Of a stretch of DNA of 12,196 bases, positions 4,511-12,196 are shown in pieces (position 1 is the stretch's first letter; each line of letters opens with the position of its first letter). A program made the position numbers and the translations under genes. The stretch lies in contig JAFQAG010000175.1 in the NCBI GenBank assembly GCA_017416985.1, positions 1 to 12,196 on the forward strand, written 5' to 3'. This DNA is from Clostridia bacterium. Lineage in GTDB: Bacteria > Bacillota > Clostridia > UBA1381 > UBA9506. The notes below the pieces were generated by a model. The model was not told the DNA's origin. It saw only the letters and a program-made list of their open reading frames with translations, and searched no databases.

Positions 4511-5800
4511 ATGTCTTTAGAATCATTAGCTGGAAAAAAACTGCTCATTCTTGCGGGAGATGTCAATTTTGTCACTTTAGTAAAAAGGGCAAAAGAGTTA
4601 GGCATTTATACCATAGTCACAGACTATTACGATACTAAACAAAGTCCTGCAAAATTAGTAGCAGATGAGTATTGGAATATTAGTTGGGATGACATAGATG
4701 CCCTTGAAAAGAAGTGTCGTGAGGAAAATATTAATGGTGTAACTACGGGATATAGCGAGTCACCAGTCGGATGTTGTATCGAACTGTGTGAGCGTTTGGG
4801 TCTTCCTTGTTATAGTACTAAAGAGCAACTTGAGCTTACGAAAGATAAAGTTCTTTTCAAAGATATGTGCCGGAAAAATGGAGTTCCTGTTGTAAATGAA
4901 TATGCAACACTTGAAGAGGTGAATTCTTTTCCTGTTATCGTTAAACCTGTAGATAGAGCAGGCTCAATTGGCATCAGTGTAGCCACCAATACTGAAGAAT
5001 TGCAAAAAGCATATGACTACGCTATGGAAAAATCATATTCTAAGAGTGTAATTATCGAAGACTTTATTTGTAGCGGTTCAAAATTTGATGTAATATATGC
5101 TATTTGTAGTGGAAAGCCTATTTTGGTATCCGATTGTGATACAATTAATGCGCAAGATAATGGATTTGAAAGGGTTGTCCAAAGTGGCTGGCTATATCCT
5201 TCGCATTATCATAGCTTCTTTATGGAAAAAGTCGATGCCTCAATTCAAAAGATGATTAAAAATCTTGGTGTAAAAGATGGATACATATTCTTCTCGGGTT
5301 TTGCAATTGAGCGTGATGGAGATGTGGAATTTGTATTTTTTGAAACAGGTTACAGATTAAATGGTGGACATACGTACACTTATATGAGTGAGCGCGGAAT
5401 TGTTAATATTCTTGATTTGTTTATTATACATGCTTTGACAGGAAGTACTGAGCTGCTTGAATGGAAGGAAGAAAAAAATCCCGGACTTAAGTGTGCGATG
5501 GTAAATTATTATGCTGCAGATGGAAAAGTTTCTGAATTTAAAGGTCTTGACGAAATAGAAAATATGGATGACTGCAGTATCTTAATTCAGTTCGGCAAAG
5601 TCGGAGATAAATGTGATACACAAAGAGCAATTCTTTCAAAAATGTCGATGGTTCATTTTTGTAATCATTCACCTGAAAAATTAGCCGAAGACGTAGCCCA
5701 TGCCAATAATGTTTATTCAGTTAGGGATGAAAATGGTAATGATATGGTTTACGACAGAATGGATCCGTCGGTTATTACTAAATGGTGGGATAAAAAATGA
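4511..5800 (+). CDS. ATP-grasp domain protein, likely a carboxylate-amine/amino-acid ligase type; substrate unknown
   Basis: A strong SD GGGAGGGG lies 6 nt upstream. The protein has a pre-ATP-grasp N-domain (KKLLILAGDVNFVTLVKRAKELGIYT). The motifs K..FKDMCRKNGVPV, FPVIVKPVDRAGSIGI, VIIEDFI and FFETGYRLNGG fit the ATP-grasp fold. Confidence 0.9.
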   Translation: MSLESLAGKKLLILAGDVNFVTLVKRAKELGIYTIVTDYYDTKQSPAKLVADEYWNISWDDIDALEKKCREENINGVTTGYSESPVGCCIELCERLGLPCYSTKEQLELTKDKVLFKDMCRKNGVPVVNEYATLEEVNSFPVIVKPVDRAGSIGISVATNTEELQKAYDYAMEKSYSKSVIIEDFICSGSKFDVIYAICSGKPILVSDCDTINAQDNGFERVVQSGWLYPSHYHSFFMEKVDASIQKMIKNLGVKDGYIFFSGFAIERDGDVEFVFFETGYRLNGGHTYTYMSERGIVNILDLFIIHALTGSTELLEWKEEKNPGLKCAMVNYYAADGKVSEFKGLDEIENMDDCSILIQFGKVGDKCDTQRAILSKMSMVHFCNHSPEKLAEDVAHANNVYSVRDENGNDMVYDRMDPSVITKWWDKK

Positions 5801-5848
5801 TGCAAAAGTAAATAAAAAATGCATTTATTATAAATGTGAATAACAAGC

Positions 5849-5890
5849 AAAAACTGCTCAATTGTAAAAGTTGAGCAGTTTTTGTTGTTT
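5849..5890. terminator. Intrinsic terminator, potentially bidirectional, after the ATP-grasp gene
   Basis: AAAAACTGCTCAA (5849-5861) pairs with TTGAGCAGTTTTT (5871-5883), giving a 13-bp stem. It is followed by GTTGTTTT. Confidence 0.75.
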
Positions 5891-5957
5891 TATGCACGCA
5901 CGGCATAGAAAAATGTCGGTTTTTTGCGATAAATGCAGTATTTTTTTAAAAATATAC

Positions 5958-5986
5958 TGTACATCCAACAAAAATTGTGATATAAT
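5958..5986 (+). promoter_or_regulatory. Candidate extended -10 promoter of the P-loop/oxidoreductase operon
   Basis: TGaTATAAT lies at 5978-5986. The -35 element TGTACA at 5958-5963 is weak. Confidence 0.4.
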
Positions 5987-6017
5987 TTATAAGATAGTGG
6001 AGATATATCGCATATGA

Positions 6018-6704
6018 ATGAAGAGTGGTGAAGTCGTGAACAAAAGAATTCATATTATTGTAGGTCATTACGGAAGCGGAAAAACAGAGTTTGCAATAAA
6101 CTATGCAATTAAGCTAAAAGAAAGCTATGATAAGGTTATGATTGCAGATTTAGATATAGTAAACCCCTATTTTCGTACCAATGATGTAAAAGATATGCTC
6201 GAAAAAGAGGGTATTTCAGTTTTGGCGTCGCAGTATGCTGGCAGCAATGTTGACATACCGGCATTACCTGCAAATATACACAGCCTGTTTGATGATAAAA
6301 ATGCAGCCGTTGTTTTAGATGTCGGTGGCGACGAAGACGGAGCAGTGGTGCTGGGAAGATTTAAACAGCAAATCGAAGCAGAGGGTTACGAGATGCTGTT
6401 TGTGGTAAATACATTCAGACCATTAACAAATGATTGTGATTCTATTTTACAGGTGTTAGGCGAGGTTGAAGATGCAAGTCGCCTTAAAGTTACTGGCATT
6501 ATTAATAATTCAAATCTTCAGCATTTAACAAAAACAGATGATGTTATAAAAGGTCAGAGAGAGATAGAAATAGCAGCTAAAAAGCACGGCGTTGCCGTGT
6601 CATATATATCGGGATTGCCCGAGGTGCTTGACGGTTTAGACGAAAAAGCCAAAGAAAAGGCATTTCCCATTAAAAGATACCTGGATTTGGGGTATGAGTT
6701 TTAG
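6018..6704 (+). CDS. P-loop NTPase of unknown function, first gene of the oxidoreductase operon
   Basis: The Walker A motif is GHYGSGKTE, and the Walker-B-like stretch is AAVVLDVGGDEDG. The start is uncertain: ATG 6018 or the in-frame GTG 6036, which is preceded by GGTG. The gene ends TAG-TAA. Confidence 0.85.
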   Translation: MKSGEVVNKRIHIIVGHYGSGKTEFAINYAIKLKESYDKVMIADLDIVNPYFRTNDVKDMLEKEGISVLASQYAGSNVDIPALPANIHSLFDDKNAAVVLDVGGDEDGAVVLGRFKQQIEAEGYEMLFVVNTFRPLTNDCDSILQVLGEVEDASRLKVTGIINNSNLQHLTKTDDVIKGQREIEIAAKKHGVAVSYISGLPEVLDGLDEKAKEKAFPIKRYLDLGYEF

Positions 6705-6738
6705 TAAATTATTTTCAATGATTTTGGAGGTGTAATAA

Positions 6739-6945
6739 ATGGCAAAGGTCGTTTTTAACGAAGAAAAATGTAAAGGATGTTACCTGTGTATGACTGCATG
6801 TCCTAAGAAAATTATTGTTATTGCAGAGGACAGAATGAATGCAAAGGGTTTTCGTCCTGTCGAGGTTTTAGAAATGGATAAATGCCTTGGCTGTGCAATG
6901 TGTGCGACTATGTGTCCTGATTGCGTTATTGAGGTATTTAAGTAA
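6739..6945 (+). CDS. 2x[4Fe-4S] ferredoxin-type delta subunit of 2-oxoacid:ferredoxin oxidoreductase
   Basis: Two CxxCxxCxxxCP motifs are present: CKGCYLCMTACP and CLGCAMCATMCP. The protein is 68 aa, and the SD GGAGGTG lies upstream. Confidence 0.9.
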   Translation: MAKVVFNEEKCKGCYLCMTACPKKIIVIAEDRMNAKGFRPVEVLEMDKCLGCAMCATMCPDCVIEVFK

Positions 6946-6987
6946 AACTGACAAATTAGTTAATTATTAGAAAGGAAGTAGTAATAA

Positions 6988-8031
6988 ATGGCTGAAAAAG
7001 TTTTGGTAAAAGGAAACGAAGCCCTTGCAGAAGCGGCTATTCTTTCCGGCTGCCGTCATTATTTTGGTTATCCGATTACACCGCAGACAGAAATTGCTGC
7101 ATATATGGCAAAACGTATGCCGAAGGTTGGCGGTGTATTTCTTCAGGCAGAAAGTGAGCTTGCTGCCGCAAATATGGTATTTGGTGCTGCCGGTGCAGGT
7201 GCACGTGCACTTACATCATCTTCAAGCCCCGGTATCAGCTTAAAGGCTGAGGCTCTGTCTTATATCGCAGGCTGTGATTTGCCCTGCGTTGTTGTAAACA
7301 TCGTTCGTGCGGGTCCGGGTCTTGGTGGTATCCAGCCGGCACAGTCTGATTATTATCAGGCTACAAAAGGCCATGGTCACGGCGACTATCAGATGATTGT
7401 TTTAGCACCAAGCTCTGTTCAGGAAATTATCCACTTAACAGCAGATGCGTTTGATTTAGCTGACCTCTATCGCATGCCTGTTATGATTATGGGCGATGGT
7501 ATGTTAGGACAGATGATGGAGCCTGTTGAGTTTGACCTCGGCGAACGCCGCAAACTGCCTGAAAAAGACTGGGCAACAACAGGAACAGATATGAAACGTA
7601 AGCACAACATTATAAACTCGCTCATTATGAATCCTGACGATTTAGAGGCTTGTGTTCGTGCACGCTATGAAAGATACGAGCAGATTAAAGCTACCGAGGC
7701 AAGAGCTGAGGAATATATGATTACGGCATACGGCACAACTGCACGTATTGTTAAAAATGCTATCGTTGAACTGCGTAAAAAGGGAATTAAAGTTGGTCTT
7801 GTTCGTCCGATTACACTCTGGCCGTTCCCAGAAGCTACTTACAAAAAATATGCTGACAAGGTTTCGGCAATCTTAAGTGTTGAAATGAGCATGGGTCAGA
7901 TGGTTGACGATGTAAGACTTGCAGTAAACGATAAAGTACCCGTACATTTTTACGGTCGTACCGGTGGTAACATTCCGTATCCGGACGAAATTATTAAAGC
8001 TATGGAAGAGATTGCAGGAGGTGACAAATAA
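6988..8031 (+). CDS. 2-oxoacid:ferredoxin oxidoreductase alpha subunit (KorA/VorB-type)
   Basis: The N-terminus GNEALAEAAILSGCRHYFGYPITPQTEI and the stretch FLQAESELAAANMVFGAAGAGARALTSSSSPG are typical of alpha subunits. The protein is 347 aa. Confidence 0.95.
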   Translation: MAEKVLVKGNEALAEAAILSGCRHYFGYPITPQTEIAAYMAKRMPKVGGVFLQAESELAAANMVFGAAGAGARALTSSSSPGISLKAEALSYIAGCDLPCVVVNIVRAGPGLGGIQPAQSDYYQATKGHGHGDYQMIVLAPSSVQEIIHLTADAFDLADLYRMPVMIMGDGMLGQMMEPVEFDLGERRKLPEKDWATTGTDMKRKHNIINSLIMNPDDLEACVRARYERYEQIKATEARAEEYMITAYGTTARIVKNAIVELRKKGIKVGLVRPITLWPFPEATYKKYADKVSAILSVEMSMGQMVDDVRLAVNDKVPVHFYGRTGGNIPYPDEIIKAMEEIAGGDK

Positions 8032-8777
8032 TGCAGCAGGTATTTAAAAAACCAAACGCTCTCTGTGATGTTAATCTGCATTATTGCCCCGGTTGTACAC
8101 ATGGTATAGTACACCGTCTGGTTGCAGAGGTTTTAGACGAGTTAGGAATCGAAGGAAAAGCTATCGGTGTTGCACCGGTTGGCTGTTCGGTTTTTGCATA
8201 TGATTATTGGGAATGCGATATGCAGCAGGCTGCGCACGGTCGTGCTCCGGCAGTTGCAACAGGTATCAAACGTGTTCATCCTGACAAGGTAGTATTTACC
8301 TATCAGGGCGATGGTGACTTAGCGTCTATCGGTACTGCTGAAACTGTTCACGCTGCAATGCGTGGTGAAAATATCACCATTATCTTTATCAATAACGCAA
8401 TTTACGGTATGACCGGTGGTCAGATGGCTCCTACATCTTTGCCGGGTCAGGTAACACAGACATCTCCTTACGGACGTGACCCCAAAACTCAGGGTTATCC
8501 GGTACGTATGAGCGAGATGCTTGCACAGACTGACGGTGCAGCATACATCGAACGTGTATCTGTTGATTGTGTTAAAAACGTAAACAATGCTAAAAAAGCA
8601 ATTAAAAAAGCTTTCCAGACTCAGTTAGATGGAAAGGGCTTCTCTTTGGTAGAGGTTTTATCTACTTGTCCTACCAACTGGGGTAAATCTCCGATTGAAG
8701 CACTTGATTGGCTCAGAGAGAATATGATTCCGTACTATCCTTTGGGAGTAAAAAAGGATAAAACAACTGAAGAATAA
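8031..8777 (+). CDS. 2-oxoacid:ferredoxin oxidoreductase beta subunit (TPP-binding)
   Basis: The motifs are YCPGCTHG and the TPP motif QGDGDLASIG...NNAIYGMTGGQ. The start overlaps the alpha-subunit stop as TAATG, and AGGAGGTG lies upstream. Confidence 0.95.
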   Translation: MQQVFKKPNALCDVNLHYCPGCTHGIVHRLVAEVLDELGIEGKAIGVAPVGCSVFAYDYWECDMQQAAHGRAPAVATGIKRVHPDKVVFTYQGDGDLASIGTAETVHAAMRGENITIIFINNAIYGMTGGQMAPTSLPGQVTQTSPYGRDPKTQGYPVRMSEMLAQTDGAAYIERVSVDCVKNVNNAKKAIKKAFQTQLDGKGFSLVEVLSTCPTNWGKSPIEALDWLRENMIPYYPLGVKKDKTTEE

Positions 8778-8810
8778 TAGGTCGCTCATTATTTAAGTAT
8801 GATTAAGACG

Positions 8811-8851
8811 AAGGAACTGTAGTAAAATAAAATATTTTGCTACAGCTCCTT
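8811..8851 (+). repeat. Copy A of a hairpin-forming repeat (20-bp stem); possibly also the terminator of the oxidoreductase operon
   Basis: AAGGAACTGTAGTAAAATA and TATTTTGCTACAGCTCCTT pair with one mismatch and one G-T around an AAA loop. It shares TATGATTAA (8798-8806) and ATTTTGCTACAGC (8834-8846) with copy B. Confidence 0.6.
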
Positions 8852-8878
8852 TAGGCTGGACGGAAAATAGCGCAGATT

Positions 8879-8945
8879 GGACAAACTGAACCCATAGGGG
8901 TTACCCGAAGCTGTACGTTGGTACAGCGAGAGGTGAAGTTTGTTC
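8879..8945 (+). ncRNA. Candidate structured RNA (three-way junction), unassigned family
   Basis: P1 pairs GGACAAACT (8879-8887) with AGTTTGTTC (8937-8945). P2 pairs AACCC (8889-8893) with GGGTT (8898-8902). P3 pairs GCTGTAC (8910-8916) with GTACAGC (8921-8927). The junction strands are ACCCGAA and GAGAGGTGA. I recognise no family and have no covariation data. Confidence 0.3.
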
Positions 8946-8968
8946 GAAACACAAGGCATTATAACGAA

Positions 8969-8994
8969 AGGAATTCGTCAAATTACGAATTCCT
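8969..8994. terminator. Hairpin AGGAATTCGT-CAAATT-ACGAATTCCT, candidate terminator
   Basis: The 10-bp stem contains two EcoRI sites. On the plus strand it is followed by ACATTAAGTTTTATATTATTTT. On the minus strand it is followed by TTCGTTATAAT. Confidence 0.45.
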
Positions 8995-9036
8995 ACATTA
9001 AGTTTTATATTATTTTAATTTTATTGATATGATTAA

Positions 9037-9094
9037 AAGGCTTAGTTATACGTTTTATTTGCCTTGTGTGGTGTGCGCATTTTGCTACAGCCTT
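9037..9094 (+). repeat. Copy B of the hairpin-forming repeat
   Basis: AAGGCTTAG (9037-9045) pairs with CTACAGCCTT (9085-9094) with one bulged C. It is preceded by TATGATTAA (9028-9036) and contains ATTTTGCTACAGC (9079-9091). The loop differs from copy A. Confidence 0.45.
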
Positions 9095-9112
9095 CGGCTT
9101 GTCTGCTATAAT
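9082..9112 (+). promoter_or_regulatory. Candidate promoter of the recX-coaBC-priA cluster
   Basis: The extended -10 TGcTATAAT lies at 9104-9112. TTGCTA at 9082-9087 gives a long 19-nt spacer. Confidence 0.45.
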
Positions 9113-9173
9113 GGTGAGTCAGACCTTTTTGTGTTTTATAGAAGTATTAATATCCTAAAAAGGATTGATAATA

Positions 9174-9809
9174 ATGGTAGTAACAAAAATTGAACCGCAA
9201 AAGAAAGACAAAAATCGAAGCTCTGTTTATATTGACGACAGCTTTGCTTTCGGAATAGATAACTTTGACCTTTTAAAGCTTAAGATAAAGGTTGGAATAG
9301 AATTAGATAGTGAAAGACTAGAGTTTATTCATCAAACTGTGCTTTTATCTGCGGCAAAAAATTACGGCATGAAACTTACATCTGCACGTAGTTATACAAA
9401 GGCTGCGCTCTTGCGCAAGATGTTTGAAAAAGGCTTTGACGAACGTGAAATAAACCAGACAATTGCATTTTTAGAAGAATATAAACTTTTAGACGACGAA
9501 GAATATGCAAGACGATTTGTAAACGATTGTATTAATATAAAAGGATACGGCAAATTCCGTATAAAAAATGATTTAAGAGAAAAAGGAATCGATAAAGATA
9601 CAGCAGACAAAATTTTGTCTGAATATGATTTTAATGAAATTGAAGAGGAAAAAATATTGCCGCTTGCACAAAAAAAACTTGGCGGCGATTTTACGATACA
9701 AAACATAGCAAAAACCAAAAGATACTTAGCATCACGTGGATTCGGCTTTGATGCGATAGATAGCGCAATAAGAAAAATTGCAGGCGGGGAGGAATGGAGC
9801 GAATGTTAA
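9174..9809 (+). CDS. recX: RecX regulatory protein
   Basis: VVTKIEPQKKDKNRSSVYIDDSFAFGI is a typical RecX N-terminus, followed by three-helix repeat architecture (YARRFVND..., KGYGKFRIKNDLREKGI, RYLASRGF). I prefer ATG 9174, preceded by AAAAGGA, to the track's TTG 9165. Confidence 0.9.
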   Translation: MVVTKIEPQKKDKNRSSVYIDDSFAFGIDNFDLLKLKIKVGIELDSERLEFIHQTVLLSAAKNYGMKLTSARSYTKAALLRKMFEKGFDEREINQTIAFLEEYKLLDDEEYARRFVNDCINIKGYGKFRIKNDLREKGIDKDTADKILSEYDFNEIEEEKILPLAQKKLGGDFTIQNIAKTKRYLASRGFGFDAIDSAIRKIAGGEEWSEC

Positions 9810-11014
9810 ACGACAAAATACTTTCGGGCAAGCACATTTTAATAGGTGTATGCGGAGGAATTGCAGCATATAAAATTCCTGACTTGATAAGTAAATTAGT
9901 GAAACTGGGTGCAGAGGTTAAAGTTGTTATGACGCACGCTGCAACCGAGTTTGTAACACCGCTTACATTTCAGTCAATGTCACATAATCCAGTTGCAGTT
10001 GATATGTTTTCTGAACCTGTTGCGTGGGAAATAAGACATATATCATTAGCGCAATGGACAGATACTTTGCTTGTTGCTCCTGCAACTGCAAATATGATAG
10101 GAAAGCTTGCAAACGGCATAGCAGACGATATGCTCTCAACAGTTGCTATGGCGACTCGTTCACAGGTTTTGGTTGCTCCGGCAATGAATACAGCTATGTA
10201 TGAAAATGCGGCAACTCAGGCAAACATTAAAACCTTAAAAGAACGAGGAATAAAAATAATTGAGCCGGCAGAGGGAAGACTTGCTTGCGGAGATAGCGGC
10301 AAAGGCAAACTTGCCGATATAGATGTATTACTCAATTCACTTATATATGAAGTAGCATTTGAAAAGGATTTATCAGGTAAAAAAGTTTTAGTAACTGCAG
10401 GTGCAACGGTTGAATCAGTTGACCCTGTACGCTTTTTAACAAATCATTCAAGCGGAAAAATGGGTATAGAAATTGCACGTGCGGCACAGCTGCGTGGTGC
10501 AGATGTAACCTTGGTCTGCGGAAATATTAGTGTAGAAACTCCTATGGGGGTTAATGTTATAAAGGTTAAAAGTGCTCAGGATATGTTTGATGCGTGCGTA
10601 TCGCATCAGAAAGAGGCAGATGTTATAATAAAAGCAGCGGCGGTTGCGGACTTTAAACCAAAAGATGTCGCCGATAACAAAATTAAAAAAGAAGGTGGCT
10701 TTGAGGGGGTAATCCGCTTAGAGCAGAATCCGGATATTTTAAAGTATTTAGGGGAGCATAAACCGGCAGGACAGATTCTGGTCGGATTCTGTATGGAAAC
10801 TCAGGATTTAATAGAAAACGCAAAGAAAAAGCTTGACAAGAAAAATCTTGATATGATTGTTGCAAACAGCTTAACAGAGCCGAATGCAGGCTTTAAATCA
10901 GATACAAATACAGTTACAATTTTAGATAAAACCGGAAAAATCGAAGCCTTAGATAATATGAGTAAATTCTGTGTTGCGCAAGAATTGCTTGACAGGGTGG
11001 TAAAATGTCTGTGA
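9794..11014 (+). CDS. coaBC: Bifunctional phosphopantothenoylcysteine decarboxylase / phosphopantothenate-cysteine ligase
   Basis: The flavoprotein N-domain reads ILIGVCGGIAAYK...PAMN. The CoaB domain reads VTAGATVESVDPVRFLTNHSSGKMG...AAAVADF. The start is ATG 9794 or, more likely given SD spacing, ATG 9803. It overlaps the end of recX. Confidence 0.95.
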   Translation: MERMLNDKILSGKHILIGVCGGIAAYKIPDLISKLVKLGAEVKVVMTHAATEFVTPLTFQSMSHNPVAVDMFSEPVAWEIRHISLAQWTDTLLVAPATANMIGKLANGIADDMLSTVAMATRSQVLVAPAMNTAMYENAATQANIKTLKERGIKIIEPAEGRLACGDSGKGKLADIDVLLNSLIYEVAFEKDLSGKKVLVTAGATVESVDPVRFLTNHSSGKMGIEIARAAQLRGADVTLVCGNISVETPMGVNVIKVKSAQDMFDACVSHQKEADVIIKAAAVADFKPKDVADNKIKKEGGFEGVIRLEQNPDILKYLGEHKPAGQILVGFCMETQDLIENAKKKLDKKNLDMIVANSLTEPNAGFKSDTNTVTILDKTGKIEALDNMSKFCVAQELLDRVVKCL

Positions 11015-12196
11015 AAAATGTCGTCGGTGTTGTAGTTGACCGAATGGCACGAGAGGTTGATCGTGTTTTTCATTATACTGCACCTGACGAAATGTATAAA
11101 AAAATGCAAATAGGGCTTTCGGTTTTAGTTCCGTTTGGTCGTGGCGATAACGTTTTAGAGGGTTATGTTGTAGAACTGCCCGAAGAAACCGAATACAAAG
11201 AGTTAAAAGAAGTCAGAGCAATTTTATCAGAAGAGCCTTTGTTTGACGGTAAAATGCTTGAGGTATGTCGGCATATGCAGGATACCTGCTTTTGCACGCT
11301 TGCGTCGGCAATAAAGGCAATAACACCTCCCGGCAGAGGAGTTCGCAGAAATTGCGTAAACGATAAGATAATAAACGGCTCACGCTTGGCGATATCGAAC
11401 GACGAGGCATTTTCGGTTTTAGAAAATATCCGTGCCAAAGCACCAAAGCAGGCAAAAATAATTGAACTTTTGCTTCAGAATGATTTTGTTGCAAACGTAG
11501 ACATACGGTTAATTACCGGAGCAGGTCAGGGAGCAATAAAGGCATTAGAGCAAAAGGGCATTATATGCCCTTGCTATATAGAGGTTTTCAGAAAACCAGT
11601 TGATTTTTCGAAAATTAAAAGAACACAGCCGTTTGTTCCGACTAAAGAGCAGGATATAGCAATTAAAGAAGTTGCAAATTCGATAGAATCGGGTAAAAAC
11701 CAGACGTTTTTGCTACACGGAGTTACCGGCAGCGGAAAAACCGAGGTGTTTTTGCAATGCATCGAAACTGTTATTAAAAAAGGTAAAAGTGCAATAGTTT
11801 TAGTACCCGAAATTGCTTTAACTCCGCAAACGGTCGAAAGGTTTGTAGGCAGATTCGGAGAAAGAATAGCCATTATCCATTCAAGATTATCGCTCGGTGA
11901 GCGTCACGATGAATATAAAAGAATATTATCGGGCGAGGTTGATGTGGTGGTTGGCGTGCGTTCGGCAATATTTGCGCCACTTAAAAATCTTGGCTTAATT
12001 GTTATGGATGAGGAACACGAAACCTCTTATAAGGCAGAAAACGTGCCTGCATATCACGCACGTGATATTGCACTTTTAAGAGCTAAGCAATATAAAATAC
12101 CCCTTATTTTAGCATCGGCAACTCCTTGCATGGAAAGCTATTTTCGTGCACAAACCAGCGAGTATAAGCTTTTAGAGCTGACCGCCAGAGCAAACA
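11005..12196 (+). CDS. priA: Primosomal protein N' (PriA helicase), 5' part, running off the window
   Basis: This gene is not in the ORF track because the frame is open to the window end. The sequence is MSVKNVVGVVVDRMAREVDRVFHYTAP...LSVLVPFGRGDNVLEGYVVEL, with Walker A LLHGVTGSGKTEVF at about 11709 and the DEEHE box at about 12007. ATG 11005 overlaps the end of coaBC by 10 nt. Confidence 0.9.
   Translation, partial: MSVKNVVGVVVDRMAREVDRVFHYTAPDEMYKKMQIGLSVLVPFGRGDNVLEGYVVELPEETEYKELKEVRAILSEEPLFDGKMLEVCRHMQDTCFCTLASAIKAITPPGRGVRRNCVNDKIINGSRLAISNDEAFSVLENIRAKAPKQAKIIELLLQNDFVANVDIRLITGAGQGAIKALEQKGIICPCYIEVFRKPVDFSKIKRTQPFVPTKEQDIAIKEVANSIESGKNQTFLLHGVTGSGKTEVFLQCIETVIKKGKSAIVLVPEIALTPQTVERFVGRFGERIAIIHSRLSLGERHDEYKRILSGEVDVVVGVRSAIFAPLKNLGLIVMDEEHETSYKAENVPAYHARDIALLRAKQYKIPLILASATPCMESYFRAQTSEYKLLELTARAN

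Noticed and set aside
2412-4526. ORFs 2412..2642(+), 2733..2924(-), 3114..3329(-), 3357..3548(-), 3397..3639(-), 4185..4526(-) and 4221..4439(+); also 7025..7243(+) further right
   Set aside because: They are alternative-frame or antisense overlaps of well-supported genes, or they run across terminators, the tRNA remnant and promoters. None has a convincing RBS or motif.
6702-6707. A tandem TAG-TAA stop at the end of the P-loop gene, possibly a back-up stop in a TAG-leaky host
   Set aside because: This is the only TAG-terminated chromosomal gene in the window. A following TAA in AT-rich intergenic DNA is easily chance. It is neither support for nor evidence against amber suppression.
8879-8945. 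A hammerhead or other small self-cleaving ribozyme, or a known riboswitch, suggested by the three-way junction with CTGA and GAA elements
   Set aside because: The junction strands (G, ACCCGAA and GAGAGGTGA) do not match the hammerhead core CUGANGA/GAAA. They also do not match the purine, TPP, c-di-GMP, ZTP, guanidine or fluoride consensus sequences as I remember them. It is kept only as an unassigned candidate RNA.
9029-9193. A 54-codon Cys-rich hydrophobic ORF (MIKRLSYTFYLPCVVCAFCY...), with a truncated 7-codon copy at 8799-8822
   Set aside because: It has no Shine-Dalgarno. It runs through the predicted recX promoter and overlaps the recX start out of frame. The shared ATGATTAA is better explained as part of the duplicated repeat unit.
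9392-11873. Minus-strand ORFs 9392..9718, 10683..10865, 10801..11109, 11163..11438, 11213..11494 and 11574..11873
   Set aside because: All lie antisense to strongly motif-supported genes (recX, coaBC and priA). They have low-complexity or implausible sequences and are shadow ORFs.
1-12196. CRISPR arrays, rRNA genes, IS elements with terminal inverted repeats, and obvious toxin-antitoxin pairs
   Set aside because: No regularly spaced direct repeats, rRNA-like sequence or transposase motifs were seen on either strand.

Overview
The window joins two different regions. The left part (about 1-4272) is visibly more AT-rich. It looks like the right-hand portion of an integrated mobile element. It carries a leftward operon: a small coiled-coil protein, a winged-helix replication-initiator-like protein and a GIY-YIG nuclease. 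A roughly 480-bp divergent control region follows. A rightward cassette encodes a 74-aa unknown protein, a 60-aa HTH protein and a 412-aa polytopic membrane protein with DUF4234-like and SHOCT modules. The last gene is a 200-aa small serine recombinase with its own consensus promoter and repeated TTCGTAAA/CGAATA motifs. The element ends at a truncated tRNA-Pro(GGG) 3' part (anticodon loop to CCA, 4273-4317) that keeps its own strong terminator, which is the signature of an attR junction. The right part is ordinary Clostridia-like chromosome. It contains an orphan ATP-grasp enzyme, a P-loop NTPase plus a delta/alpha/beta 2-oxoacid:ferredoxin oxidoreductase operon with no gamma subunit gene, a 387-bp repeat- and hairpin-rich spacer, and then recX, coaBC and the 5' part of priA. 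The most unusual observation is that both conserved genes of the leftward operon are interrupted by a single in-frame TAG. In each case the same frame stays open and still encodes the rest of the conserved domain. This suggests amber recoding or suppression rather than ordinary decay, though recent pseudogenisation cannot be excluded. All domain calls come from reading motifs by eye, and no searches were run.
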